Positions 28,401 to 39,890 of a stretch of DNA of 64,000 bases are shown one piece after another. The translations under genes and the position numbers were made by a program. How positions within the stretch are numbered: the stretch's first letter is position 1; each line of letters starts with the position of its first letter. The stretch is from the human T2T-CHM13v2.0 reference genome, Homo sapiens, in NCBI RefSeq assembly GCF_009914755.1, contig NC_060948.1; one strand, written 5' to 3'. A model generated the notes under the pieces. It was not told the DNA's origin and ran no database searches. It saw nothing but the letters and a program-made list of their open reading frames with translations.

Positions 28401-31400
28401 GTGCAATGGAGTGGAGTGGAATGGAATGGAATGGAGTGGAATGCACTGGGATGAATTGGAATGAAATGGATTGGAATCGCATGGAATCAAATAGAATAGA
28501 ATCATATAGAATTGAGTGAAATCGAATGGAAAAAAGAAATCGAAAGAAATTAAAAGGAATGAATCGAATGGAGTTGAATGTCATCCAGTGGAATTGAAAG
28601 GAATGCGGTAAAGTGGAGTGGAGTGGATTTAAATGGAGTGGAATCGAATGGGGAGACATGGAATTGAATAGAGTGGAGTGGAGTGGATTGGACTGGAGTG
28701 GAATGGAATGGAATGGGAAGGAATGGAACTGAACGGAGTGGAGTGGAGTGGAGTGGAATGGAGTAGAATGCAATTGAGTGGAATGGAATCGAATCCCTTG
28801 GAATTGAATCAAATCGAATCGAATGAAATCAGATGGAAAAAATGGAATCAAATCAAATGAATTCGAAAGGCATTGAAAGGAATCGAATTGAATGCGGTGA
28901 GGTGGAGTTGAGTTAAATGAAGTGGAATGGAATGATGTGTAATGGAATTGAATGGAGTGGAGAGGAGTGGAATAAAATGGAATGGAAAGAATGGAAATGA
29001 ACAAATTGGAGTGAAGTGGAATGGAGTGGATTGGAGTGCAGTGAAGCGGAGTGAAGTGCAATGAAGAGGAATGGCGTGGAGAGGAATGGAATGGAATGTT
29101 ATGGAATGTACTGGAATGGAATGGATAAGAATGGAATGGAATGGAATCACATGGAATACAATAGAATTGAATGGAATTCAATAGAATCAAATGGGAAAAA
29201 TGGAGTCGAATGGAATCGAATGGAATTGAATCGAATGGTTTTAAATTGTGGTGAATGGAAACACAAGGAAGGCGATGAAGTGGAGTGGAGTGGAATGGAA
29301 AGGAGTGCCATGGAATGGGGTAAAATTGAATTTAATGCAATGGAGTGGATTGGAGTGGACTGGAGTGGAATGGGAAGGAATGGGAAGGAATGGAATTGAA
29401 AGGAGTCGAGTAGAGTGGAATGGAGTGGAGTGCAGTGGAATGGAGTGGCAAGAAACGGAGTGGAATGGAGTGGATTGAAATGGAGTTGAATGCAGAGGAA
29501 TGGAATGGAATGGAATAGAGTGGACAGGAATGGAGTGGAGTGGGTTGGAATGGAATGGACTGGAGAGGAATGGAAGATAATGGACTGGACTGGACTGGAA
29601 TGTAATGGAATCGCAGGGAATGGAATCCAATCGAATTGAATAGAATCAAATGGAAAAATGGAATCAAATGGAATCGAATGGAATTGGATTGAATGTAAAA
29701 AATGGAATCAAATGTAATGGAATCAAATGGTTTTGAATGGCATCAAATGAAATCGAATGGAATGTAGTGAATTGGAGTGTAGTGGAATGGAGAGGAATGG
29801 ATTGGAATGGAGTTCAATGGAGTGGAGTGGAATGGAGTGGATTAGAGTGGAGTGGAGTGGATAGGATTGGAATGGAATGGAATGGATTGCAGTGGACTGG
29901 TGCAGAGTGGAGTGGACTGGAGTGGAGAGGAATGGAGTGGAGTGGTCGAGTTGAGTGGAATGGAATGATGTGGAGTGGAGTGGAATGCAGTGGAATGCAG
30001 TAGAATGAAGTGGATTGGAATGGAAAGGAATGGCGTGGAATGGAGGGGAAACGAATGGAATGGCGTGGAATGGAGTGGAATGGAATGGAATGGAGTGGAA
30101 TGGAATGGAGTGGAATAGCATGGAATGAAATCAAATCAAATCGAATGCAATGGAAAATTATGAATCAAATGTAATCGAATGGATCCCAAATGAGTGGATT
30201 CGAATGGCATTGCATGGAGTGGAAAGGAATGCGGTGAAGTGGAGTGGAGTGGAATGTATTGGATTGGAATGGGGTGGATTGGAATTCTATGGAGTGGAGT
30301 GGAGTGAAGTGGATTGGAGTGGAATGGAGTGGAATGAACTGGAGTAGAGTGGAATGGATTGGAGTGGAGTGTAGTGGAATGGAGTGGAGTGCTGTGGAGT
30401 GGAGTAGAGTGTGGTGGGGTGGAGTGGATTGGAGTAGAATAGAGTGGAGTGGAGTGTAATGGAATGGAATGGAATCAAATCACATGGTAACGAATCTAAT
30501 CGAATGGAAAAAATGGAATTGAATGCAAACGAATGGAATGGAATTGCACTGATTCTACTGAGTTCGAATAAAATCAAATGAAATGCGGTGAAGTGGAATG
30601 GAGTGGAATGAAATGGGTTGGAAACTAATTCAATGGTGTGGAGAGGAGTGGAGTGTCCTGGAGTGGAATGGAATGGAATGGAATGGGAAGGAGAGGAATT
30701 TTACGGAGTGCAGTGGAATGGAGCAGAATAGAGTGTAATGGAGTGGAGTGGAGTGGAATGTGTTGGAGTGGAGTGCAGTGGACAGGAGTGGAGTGCCGTG
30801 GACTGGAATGGAGTGGAGTGGATTGCAGTGGAAAAGAGTGGAGCGGAGTGGAATGAAATGGAATGTAATGGAATCGCATGGTATTGAATCAAATCCAACT
30901 GAATTAAATCGAATGGAAAAAATGGAATCGAATGCCAACAAATGGAATCGAATCGCGTCGTTTCGACTGACATTGAATAAAATCAAAAGAAATGCGTTGA
31001 AGTGGAGTGGAGTGGAATGAAAGGGGGTGGAATGGAAATGAATGGAGTTGATTGGAGTGGAGTCGACTGAAGTGGAACGGAATGGAATAGGAAGGAATGG
31101 AATTAAATGGAGTGGAGTGCAGTACAGTGAAATGAGGTGGAATCGTATGGAATGGAGTGGAATGGAATTGCATGGAATTGAATCGAATCGAATCTAATGT
31201 ATTTGAAAGGAAAAAAATGGAACTGAATAGAATCGAAAACAATGGATTCGACTGGCATCTAATAGAATGAAATGGAATGCGGTGAGGTGGAGTGGATTTT
31301 AATGGAGTTGAATGGAATGGGGCGTAATTGAATTGAGTGGAGTGGAGTGGAGTGAACTGGAGTGGAATGGAATGGAATGGGCAGGCATGGAATTGAAAGG

Positions 31401-31791
31401 CGTGGAGTGGAGTGGAATTGAGAGGAGTGGAATGGAGTAGGGTGGATTGTAGTGGAGAGTATTGGAAAAGAGTGGAGTGGAATGGAACGGATTGGAGTGG
31501 AGTGGAATTGAATGGAATTGAGTAAACAGGAATGGAATGGAGAGTAATGGAGTGGAGTGGACTGGAGTGGAGTAGATTGCAGTGCATTTTACTGTAGGGG
31601 ATAGAAGTGGCTTGGAGTGCAATGGAGTGGATTGGAATGGAATGGAATGGAGTGGAATGGACTGGAACGGAATGGAATGGATTTAAAAGGCAGGGAATCA
31701 AATCGAATTGAATCATATGGAATCAAGTAGAATCGACTGGAGGAAAGAAATCCAATGAAATCGAATGGAATGAATGGAATGGAGTCGAATG
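25411..31791 (+). repeat. 6.36-kb HOR copy 4 (A4 25411-28580, B4 28581-31791)
   Basis: Positions of the A and B markers; length 6381 bp. Confidence 0.9.
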
Positions 31792-34665
31792 TCAACCATG
31801 GAATCGAAAAGAATGTGGTAAAGTGGAGTGGAGTGGAGTGTTATGGAGTGGAATGGAATGGGGTGACAGGGAATTGAATACAGTGGACAGGAGTGGAGTG
31901 GATTGGGTTAGAGTGGAATGGAATGGAATGGAATGGAATGGAATGGAACGGAATAGAGTGGAATGGAATCGAATCACATGGAACTGAATCAAATCGAATT
32001 GAATGAAATTGAATGGAGAAAATGGAGTCAAATGGAATCAAATCGAATGGATTCGAATGACATTGAATGGAATCGAAAGGAATGCAGTGACGTGGAGTTG
32101 AGTGGAATGGATTGGAATGGGATGAATGGAATTGAAAGGAGTGGAGTGGAATAGAATGGAATGGAAAGGAATTGAATTGAAGAAAATGGAGTGGAGTAGA
32201 ATGGAGTGGATTTGAGTGGAGTGCAGGGGAGTGCAGTGGAATGAAGAGGAGTGTAGTTGAATGGAATGGAATATTATGGAACGTACTGGAATGGAATGGA
32301 TAAGAATGGAATGGAATGGAATCGCATGGAACTGAATAGAATCAAATCGAATTGAATAGAATCAAATGGAAAAAATGGAGTCAAATGGAATCGAATGGCA
32401 TAGAATTGAACGGTTTTGAATGGCAGTGAAAGGAAACGAATGGAATGCGATGAGGTGGAGCGGACTGGATTGGAAAGGAGTGCAATGGAATAGGGCGGAA
32501 CTGAATTTAATGGAGCAGAGTGGATTGGAGTGGACTGGAGTGTAATGGAATGGGAAGGAATGGGATTGAAAGGAGTGGCGTGCAGTGGAGTGGAGTGGCA
32601 TGGAGTGGAGTGGAGTGGAATGGATTGGAATGGAATGGAGTTGAATGGAGTGGATTAGAATGGAATGGAGTGCAGAGGAATGGAATGGAATGGTATAGAG
32701 TGGACAGGAAAGGAGTGCAGTGGATTGGAATGGAATGGAATGGAAAGGAATGGAACTGAATGGACTGGAATGGAATGGAATAGAATGGAATCGCAGGGAA
32801 ACAAATTGGATTGAATCGAATAGAATGGAAAAAATGAAATCAAATGAATTTGAATGGAATCGAATTGAATGTAAAAAATGGAATCCAATGGAATCAAATG
32901 GAATTCAATCAAATGATTTGGAATGGTGTAAAATGAAATCGCATGGAAGGCAGTGAATTGGAGTGGAGTGGAATAGAGAGGAATGAATTGGAATGGAGTG
33001 GAGTGGAATGGAGTGGATTCCAGTGGAGTGGAGTGGATTGGATTGGAATGGAATGGAATAGATTAGATTGGAGTGGTGCAGAGTGGACTGGACTGGAGTG
33101 GAGAGGAATGGAGTGGAGTGAAGTCGAGTTGAGTGGAATGGAATGGAGTGGAGCAGAGTGGAATGCAAAAGAATGAAGTGGATTGGTATGGAATGGAATG
33201 GCGTGGAATGGAGTGGAATAGAATGGAATGGAATCGCATGGAAGGATATCAAATGAAATGGAATCGAACGGAAAATTATGAATCCAATGGAATCGAAAGG
33301 ATTCTAAAGGAATGGATTCGAAAGGCATTGAATGGAATGGAAAGGAATGCAGTGAAGTGGAGTGGAGTGGAGTGGATTGTTTTAGAGTGAAATGGGTTGG
33401 ATTGGAACTCTATGGGGTGGAGTGGAGCGAAGTGGATTGGATTGGAATGGAGTACAATGGACTGGAGTGGAGTCGAATGGATTGGAGTGGAGTGTAGTGG
33501 ATCGGAGTGGAGAGCCGTGGAGTGGACTAGAGTGGGGTAGAGTGGAGTGCATTGGAGTGGAATGGGGTGGAGTGGGGTGGAATGGAATGGAATGACATCA
33601 AATCGCATGGTAATGAATCAAATGGAATCAAATGGAACGGAAATAATGGAATCGAAGACAAACGAATGGAATCGAATTGCACTGATTCTACTGACTTGGA
33701 AGAAAATGAAATGAAATGCGGTGAAGTGGAGTGGAGTGGAATGTATTAGGGTGGAATGGAATTGAATGGTGTGGAGTGGGGTGGAGTGCCCAGGAGTGGA
33801 ATGGGAAGAAATGGGATTGAACGGAGTGGCGTGGAGTGGAATGGAGGGTAATGGAGTGGAATGGAGTGGAGTGGAGTAGAGTGGAATGGGTTGGAGTGGA
33901 ATGCAGAGGACAGGAGTGGAGTGCGGTGGACTGGAGTGGAGTGGAGTTGAGTGGATTGGATTGGATTGAAATAGAACGGAGCAGAGTGGAATGGAATTGA
34001 ATCACATGGTATTGAATCAAATCGAATGGAATTAAATCGAATGAAAAAATGGAATCAAAAGCAAACGAATGGAGTCAAACCACATTGGTTAGACTGACAT
34101 CGAATAATATCAAAAGAAATGTGGTGAAGTGGAGTGGAGTGTAATGAAATGGGGTTGAATGAAATTGAATGTAGTGGAGTGGAGTGGAGTCTACTGGAGT
34201 GGAATGGAATGGAAAGGAAAGGAATGGAATAGAATGGAGTGAAGTGCAGTGCAGTGAAATGGAGTGGAAAGGAATGGAATCGAATGGAATGGAATAGAAT
34301 GGAATGGAATGGAATGGAATGGAATCAAATGGAATCGAAGTGAATTGAATCTAATGAAATTGAACGGAAAAAATGGAATGAGTAGAATCGAAAAAGATGG
34401 ATTCAAATGGCAACAAATAGAATTGAATGGAATGCGGTGAGGTGGAGGGGATTGGAATGGAGTTGAATGGAATGGGGTGTAATTGAATTGAATGGAGTGG
34501 ATTGGATTGCAGTGGACGGGAGTGGAATGGAATGGCATGGGCAGGAATTGAATTGAAATGGTTGAAGTGGAATTGAGTGGTGTGGATCGGAGTAGACTGC
34601 ATTGTAGTGGATTGGAGTGGAAAGAAGTGGAGTGGAATGGAATGGAATGCAATGGAGTGGAGTGG
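31792..34665 (+). repeat. Truncated terminal A unit (A5) of the left array
   Basis: A-type sequence through GTGGATCGGAGTAGACTGCATTG (~34582-34604), then a switch to right-array sequence at ~34665. Confidence 0.8.
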
Positions 34666-34946
34666 AAAGGAATGGAATTGAGTGAAGTGGAGTGGAGTGG
34701 AATGGAGAGTAATGGTGTGGAGTGGACTTTATTGGAGTAGATAGTAGTGCATTGGACTGTACGGGATAGAAGTGCCTTGGAGTGCCATGGAGTGGAGTGG
34801 AATGGAATGGAATGTAGTGGAATGGACTGGAAAGGAATGGAATGGAATGGATTTAAATGGCAGGGAATCAAATCGGATTGAATCATATTGAAACAAGTTG
34901 AATCGTCTGGAGGAAAGAAATCGAATGAAATCGAATGGAATGAATG

Positions 34947-37109
34947 GAAGAGAGTGCAACGTTATAGAATGGAATGGAGACAGATGGAATGGAATGCAAC
35001 AGAGAGCAATGGTATAGAATGCAATGGAATCATATGGTAAGGAGTTGAATGGAATGGAATAATATGAAATGGAATGGAATGAAATGGAATGCCCTTGCAT
35101 TAAATGGACTGGAATGGAATGGACTCGAACAGAGTGGAATGGAAAGGATTGAAATAGAATGGAATGTACTCCTTTGGAATGGTCTAATATGGATGCCATC
35201 GACTGGTAGGGAATCAAAAGGAATGTAATCGAATGGATTGGACTGGAATGCAATGGACTCGAAAAGATTGGAAACGGAGTGCAATGGAATGGAATGGAAT
35301 AGTATGGAATGGAAAGGAAAGGAATGGAGTGGAATAGACTAGAGTGGAATGGAATGGACTCAAAAGCAATGGGCTGGAATGGAACGGTCTTGAATGGACT
35401 GAAATCAAAAGGAATGGAATGGAATGCAATGCAATCAAATGGAATGGAATAAAATAGAATGAAAGAGAATCAAACGGAATTGAATCGAACGGAATCGAAT
35501 GGATTGGAAAGGAATAGAATGGAATGGAATGGAATTGACTCAAATGGAATGGAGTAGAATGGAATGGAGTCGAATGGAAGGCAAAGGAATGGAATCTATT
35601 GGAATGGAGTGTAATGGAATGGAATGGAAGGTATTGGAACGGACTCGCATGGAATGGACTGCAATAGAAAGTATTCGAATGGCATGAAAAAGAATTGAAT
35701 GGAATAGAAGAAAATGGAATCAAATCGAATGAAATGGAATGGAATAGAAAGGAATGGAATGAAATGGAATGGAAAGGATTCGAATGGAATGCAATCGAAT
35801 GGAATGCAATCGAATGGAATGCAATCGAATGGAATGGAATCGAACGGAATGGAATAAAATGGAAGCAAACTGGCAAGAAATGGAATCGAAATGAATGGAG
35901 TGTTATGGAACGGACTCAAAAGGAATTGAATGTAATAGAATGGAGTGGAGTGGACTCGAATATAATGGACTGGAATGGAATGGAATCACATGGAATGGGA
36001 ACGAATGGAATGGAATGGAAAGGAATGGAATCGAATGGAAGGGAATGAAATTGAATCAACAGGAATGGAAGGGAATAGAATAGACTTTAATGGAATGGAC
36101 TCTAATAGAAAGGAGACGAATGCTCAAATTGAATGGACTCGAATGGAATGGAAACGAAAGGAATGTCATCGAATGGAATTGAATCGATTGGAATGGAATC
36201 GCATAGAATGGAGAGGAATCAAATGGAATTGAATCGAATGGAAAGGAAGCGAATGGACTGAAATGAAATGGAATGGAATGGAATGGAAAGTAATGCAATG
36301 CAATAGAATGGAACGAAATTTCACGGAATGGAATCAAACAGAATGGAATCAAATCAATGGAATATAATCACATGGAATGGAATGTAATGGAAAGGAATTG
36401 AATGCAATAGATTGGATTGGAAGGGATTGGAATGCAATGGAATGGAAAGGACTCGAATTTCATGAAACGGAATGGAATGAATTGGAATGGAATGGACTCG
36501 AATGGAATGGGATGTCAAGGAATGACATCAAATGGAATGGCATCAAATGGAATGGAATCGAATGCAATGGAATGTTATGGAATGGAATGGAATGTATTGG
36601 AATGGAATGTCCTCTAATGGAATGGATTCGAGTGGAATGGAATCGAATATAATGGATACGAATGAAATGGAATTGAAATGAATGGGATCGAATAGAATGG
36701 AATATAATGGAATGTAAGGTAATGAAGTCGAATGAAATTGACTGGAATGGAATGTACATGAATGGAATGCAATCGAATGGAATAGAATCTAATGCAATAA
36801 AACCGACTCAAATGGAATAGAATGTAATGGAATGGAGTGCAGTGCAATGGAATGGAATGGAATGGAATGGAATGGAATGGAATGGAATGGGATGGGATGG
36901 AATGGGATGGAATGGTATGGAACGGATAATAATGGTCTGGAGTGAAATGGACTGGAAAGGAATGGACTCAAATTGAAAGGGCTCGAAAGGAATGGGGTCA
37001 AATGTAATGGTCTGGAATGGAATGAACTCGAATGTAATGCAATCCAATAGAATGGAATTGAATGGAATGGAATATAAAGAAATGGAATCGAAGAGAATGG
37101 AAACAAATG
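34947..37109 (-). repeat. DYZ1-like (HSat3A-type) segment of right-array unit 1, ~2.15 kb, repeated in every unit
   Basis: The reverse complement contains strings I recall from the Yq12 DYZ1 3.56-kb repeat, for example CCATTTGTTTCCATTCTCTTCGATTCCATTTCTTTATATTCC, CCTTTCGAGCCCTTTCAATTTGAGTCC, CCGTTTCATGAAATTCGAGTCC and TTCTTGCCAGTT. It is rich in GGACT-CGAAT and poor in GGAGT. Confidence 0.75.
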
Positions 37110-37735
37110 GAATGGAATTGTATGGAATTGAATCGAATCGAATCGAATGTAATTGAACGGAAAAAATGCAACTGAATAGAATCGAAAACAGTGGATTCGA
37201 CTGGCATCTAATAGAATGAAATGGAATGCGTTGAGGTGGAGTGGATTGTAATGGAGTTGAATGGAATGGGGTGTAATTGAATTGAATGGGGTGGAGTGGA
37301 GTGAACTGGAGTGGAATGGAATGGAATGGGCAGGCATGGAATTGAAAGGCGTGGAGTGGAGTGCAATTGAGAGGAGTGGAATGGAGTAGGGTGGATTGTA
37401 GTGGAGAGTACTGGAAAAGAGTGGAGTGGAACGGAATGGAATGGAGTGGAGTGGAATGGAATGGAATTGAGTGAAGTGGAGTGGAGTGGAATGGAGAGTA
37501 ATGGAGTGGAGTGGACTTGATTGGAGTAGATAGCAGTGCATTGGACTCTACGGGATAGAAGTGGCTTGGAGTGCCATGGAGTGGAGTGGAATGGAATGGA
37601 ATGGAGTGGAATGGACTGGAAAGGAATGGAATGGAATGGATTTAAATGGCAGGGAATCAAATCGAATTGAATCATATTGGAACAAGTTGAATCGACTGGA
37701 GGAAAGAAATCGAATGAAATCGAATGGAATGAATG
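37110..37735 (+). repeat. Left-array-derived (B-end) segment inside right-array unit 1, ~0.62 kb, repeated in every unit
   Basis: Colinear with ~12060-12670: GGATTCGACTG(G/A)CATCTAATAG, GGGCAGGCATGGAATTGAAAGGCGTGG, GGAGTAGGGTGGATTGTAG, GATAGAAGTGG, GGAGGAAAGAAATC. Confidence 0.92.
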
Positions 37736-39320
37736 GAAGAGAGTGCAATGTTATAGAATGGAATGGAGACAGATGGAATGGAATGGAACAGAGAGCAATG
37801 GTATAGAATGCAATGGAATCCTATGGAATGGAATTGAATGGAATGTAATAATATGAAATGGAATGGAATAGAATGAAACGCCCTTGCATTAAATGGACTG
37901 GAATGGAATGGACTCGAACAGAGTGGAATGGAAAGCATTGAAATAGAATGGAATGGACTCCTTTGGAATGGTCTAGTATGGATGCAATCAACAGGCAGGG
38001 AATCAAAAGGAATATAATCGAATGGATTGGACTGGAATACAATGGACTCGAATAGATTGGAAACGGAATGCAATGGAATGGAATGGAATAGTATGGAATG
38101 GAATGGAATGGAATGGAGTGGAATAGACTAGAGTGGAATGGAATGGACTCGAAAGTAATGGACTGGAATGGAACGGTCTTGAATGGACTGGAATCAAACG
38201 GAATGGAATGGAATGCAATGCAATCAAATGGAATGGAATAAAATAGAATGAAAGAGAATCAAATGGAATTGAATGGAATGGAATCGAATGGATTGGAAAG
38301 GAATAGAATGGAATGGAATGGAATTGACTCAAATGGAATGGACTAGAATGGAATGGAGTCGAATGGAAGGCAAAGGAATGGAATCTATTGGAATGGACTG
38401 TAATGGAATGGAATGGAAGGGATTGGAATGGACTCGAATGGAATGGACTGCAATAGAAAGGATTCGAATGGAATGAAAAAGAATTGAATGGAATAGAACA
38501 GAATGGAATCAAATCGAATGAAATGGAATGGAATAGAAAGGAATGGAATGAAATGGAATGGAAAGGATTCGAATGGAATGCAATCGAATGGAATGGAATC
38601 GAACGGAATGGAATAAAATGGAGGCAAACTGGCAAGAAATGGAATCGAAATGAATGGAGTGTTATGGAACGGACTCCAAAGGAATTGAATGTAATAGAAT
38701 GGAGTGGAGTGGACTCGAATATAATGGACTGGAATGGAATGGAATCACATGGAATGGGAACGAATGGAATGGAATGGAAAGGAATGGAATCGAATGGAAG
38801 GGAATGAAATTGAATCAACAGGAATGGAAGGGAATAGAATAGACTGTAATGGAATGGACTCGAATAGAAAGGACACGAATGCTCAAATTGAATGGACTCG
38901 AATGGAATAGAAACGAAAGGAATGTCATCGTATGGAAATGAATCGATTGGAATGGAATCGCATAGAATGGAGAGGAATGAAATGGAATTGAATCGAATGG
39001 AAAGGAACCGAATGGACTGAAATGAAATGGAATGGAATTGAATGGAAAGTAATGCAATGCAATAGAATGGAACGAAATTTCACCGAATGGAATGAAACAG
39101 AATGCAATCAAATCAATGGAATATAATGAAATGGAATGGAATGGAATGGAAAGGAATTGAATGGAATAGATTGGATTGGAAGGGATTGGAATGCAATGGA
39201 ATGGAAAGGACTCGAATTTCATGAAACGGAATGGAATGAATTGGAATGGAATGGACTCGAATGGAATGGAATGTCATGGAATGGCATCAAATGCAATGGC
39301 ATCAAATGGAATGGAATCGA

Positions 39321-39890
39321 ATGCAATGTAATGTTATGGAATGGAATGGAATGTATTGGAATGGAATGTCCTCTAATGGAATGGATTCGAGTGGAATGGA
39401 ATCGAATATAATGGAGTCGAATGAAATGGAATTGAAATGAATGGGATCGAATAGAATGGAATATACTGGAATGTAATGTAATGAAGTCGAATGTAATTGA
39501 CTGGAATGGAATGTACATGAATGGAATGCCATCGAATGGAACAGAATCTAATGTAATAAAACCGACTCAAATGGAATAGAATGTAATGGAATGGAGTGCA
39601 GTGCAATGCAATGGAATGTTATGGAATGGAATGGAATGTATTGGAATGGAATGTCCTCTAATGGAATGGATTCGAGTGGAATGGAATTGAATACAATGGA
39701 GTCGAATGAAATGGAATTGAAAGGAATGGGATCGAATAGAATGGAATATACTGGAATGTAATGTAATGAAGTCGAATGTAATTGACTGGAATGGAATGTA
39801 CATGAATGGAATGCAATCGAATGGAATAGAATCTAATGCAATAAAACCGACTCAAATGGAATAGAATGTAATGGAATGGAGTGCAGTGCA
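39321..39890 (+). repeat. 285-bp internal tandem duplication in right-array unit 2
   Basis: GTCCTCTAATGG occurs at 39368 and 39653, and AAAACCGACTC occurs twice in the same unit. Unit 2 is 3039 bp versus ~2755 bp for the others. Confidence 0.92.

Larger units (their letters stand above)
1..34665 (+). repeat. Left array: GGAGT-rich HSat3 of ~3.15-3.2 kb units (A/B dimer, 6.36-kb HOR); probably the DYZ18-related ~3.1-kb repeat of the human Yq11/Yq12 boundary
   Basis: Marker TCAACCATGGAATCGAAA at 253, 3461, 6349, 12690, 19043, 25411 and 31792. Paralogous marker TCATCCAGTGGAATTGAAAG at 9493, 15854, 22217 and 28581 (spacing 6361, 6363, 6364). The array structure is seen directly; the chrY name is from recollection. 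Confidence 0.85.

Noticed and set aside
253-34665. Conserved cassettes alternating with variable tracts, superficially CRISPR-like
   Set aside because: The 'spacers' are themselves pentamer satellite and recur in every HOR. The scale is hundreds of bp, and there is no leader or cas gene.
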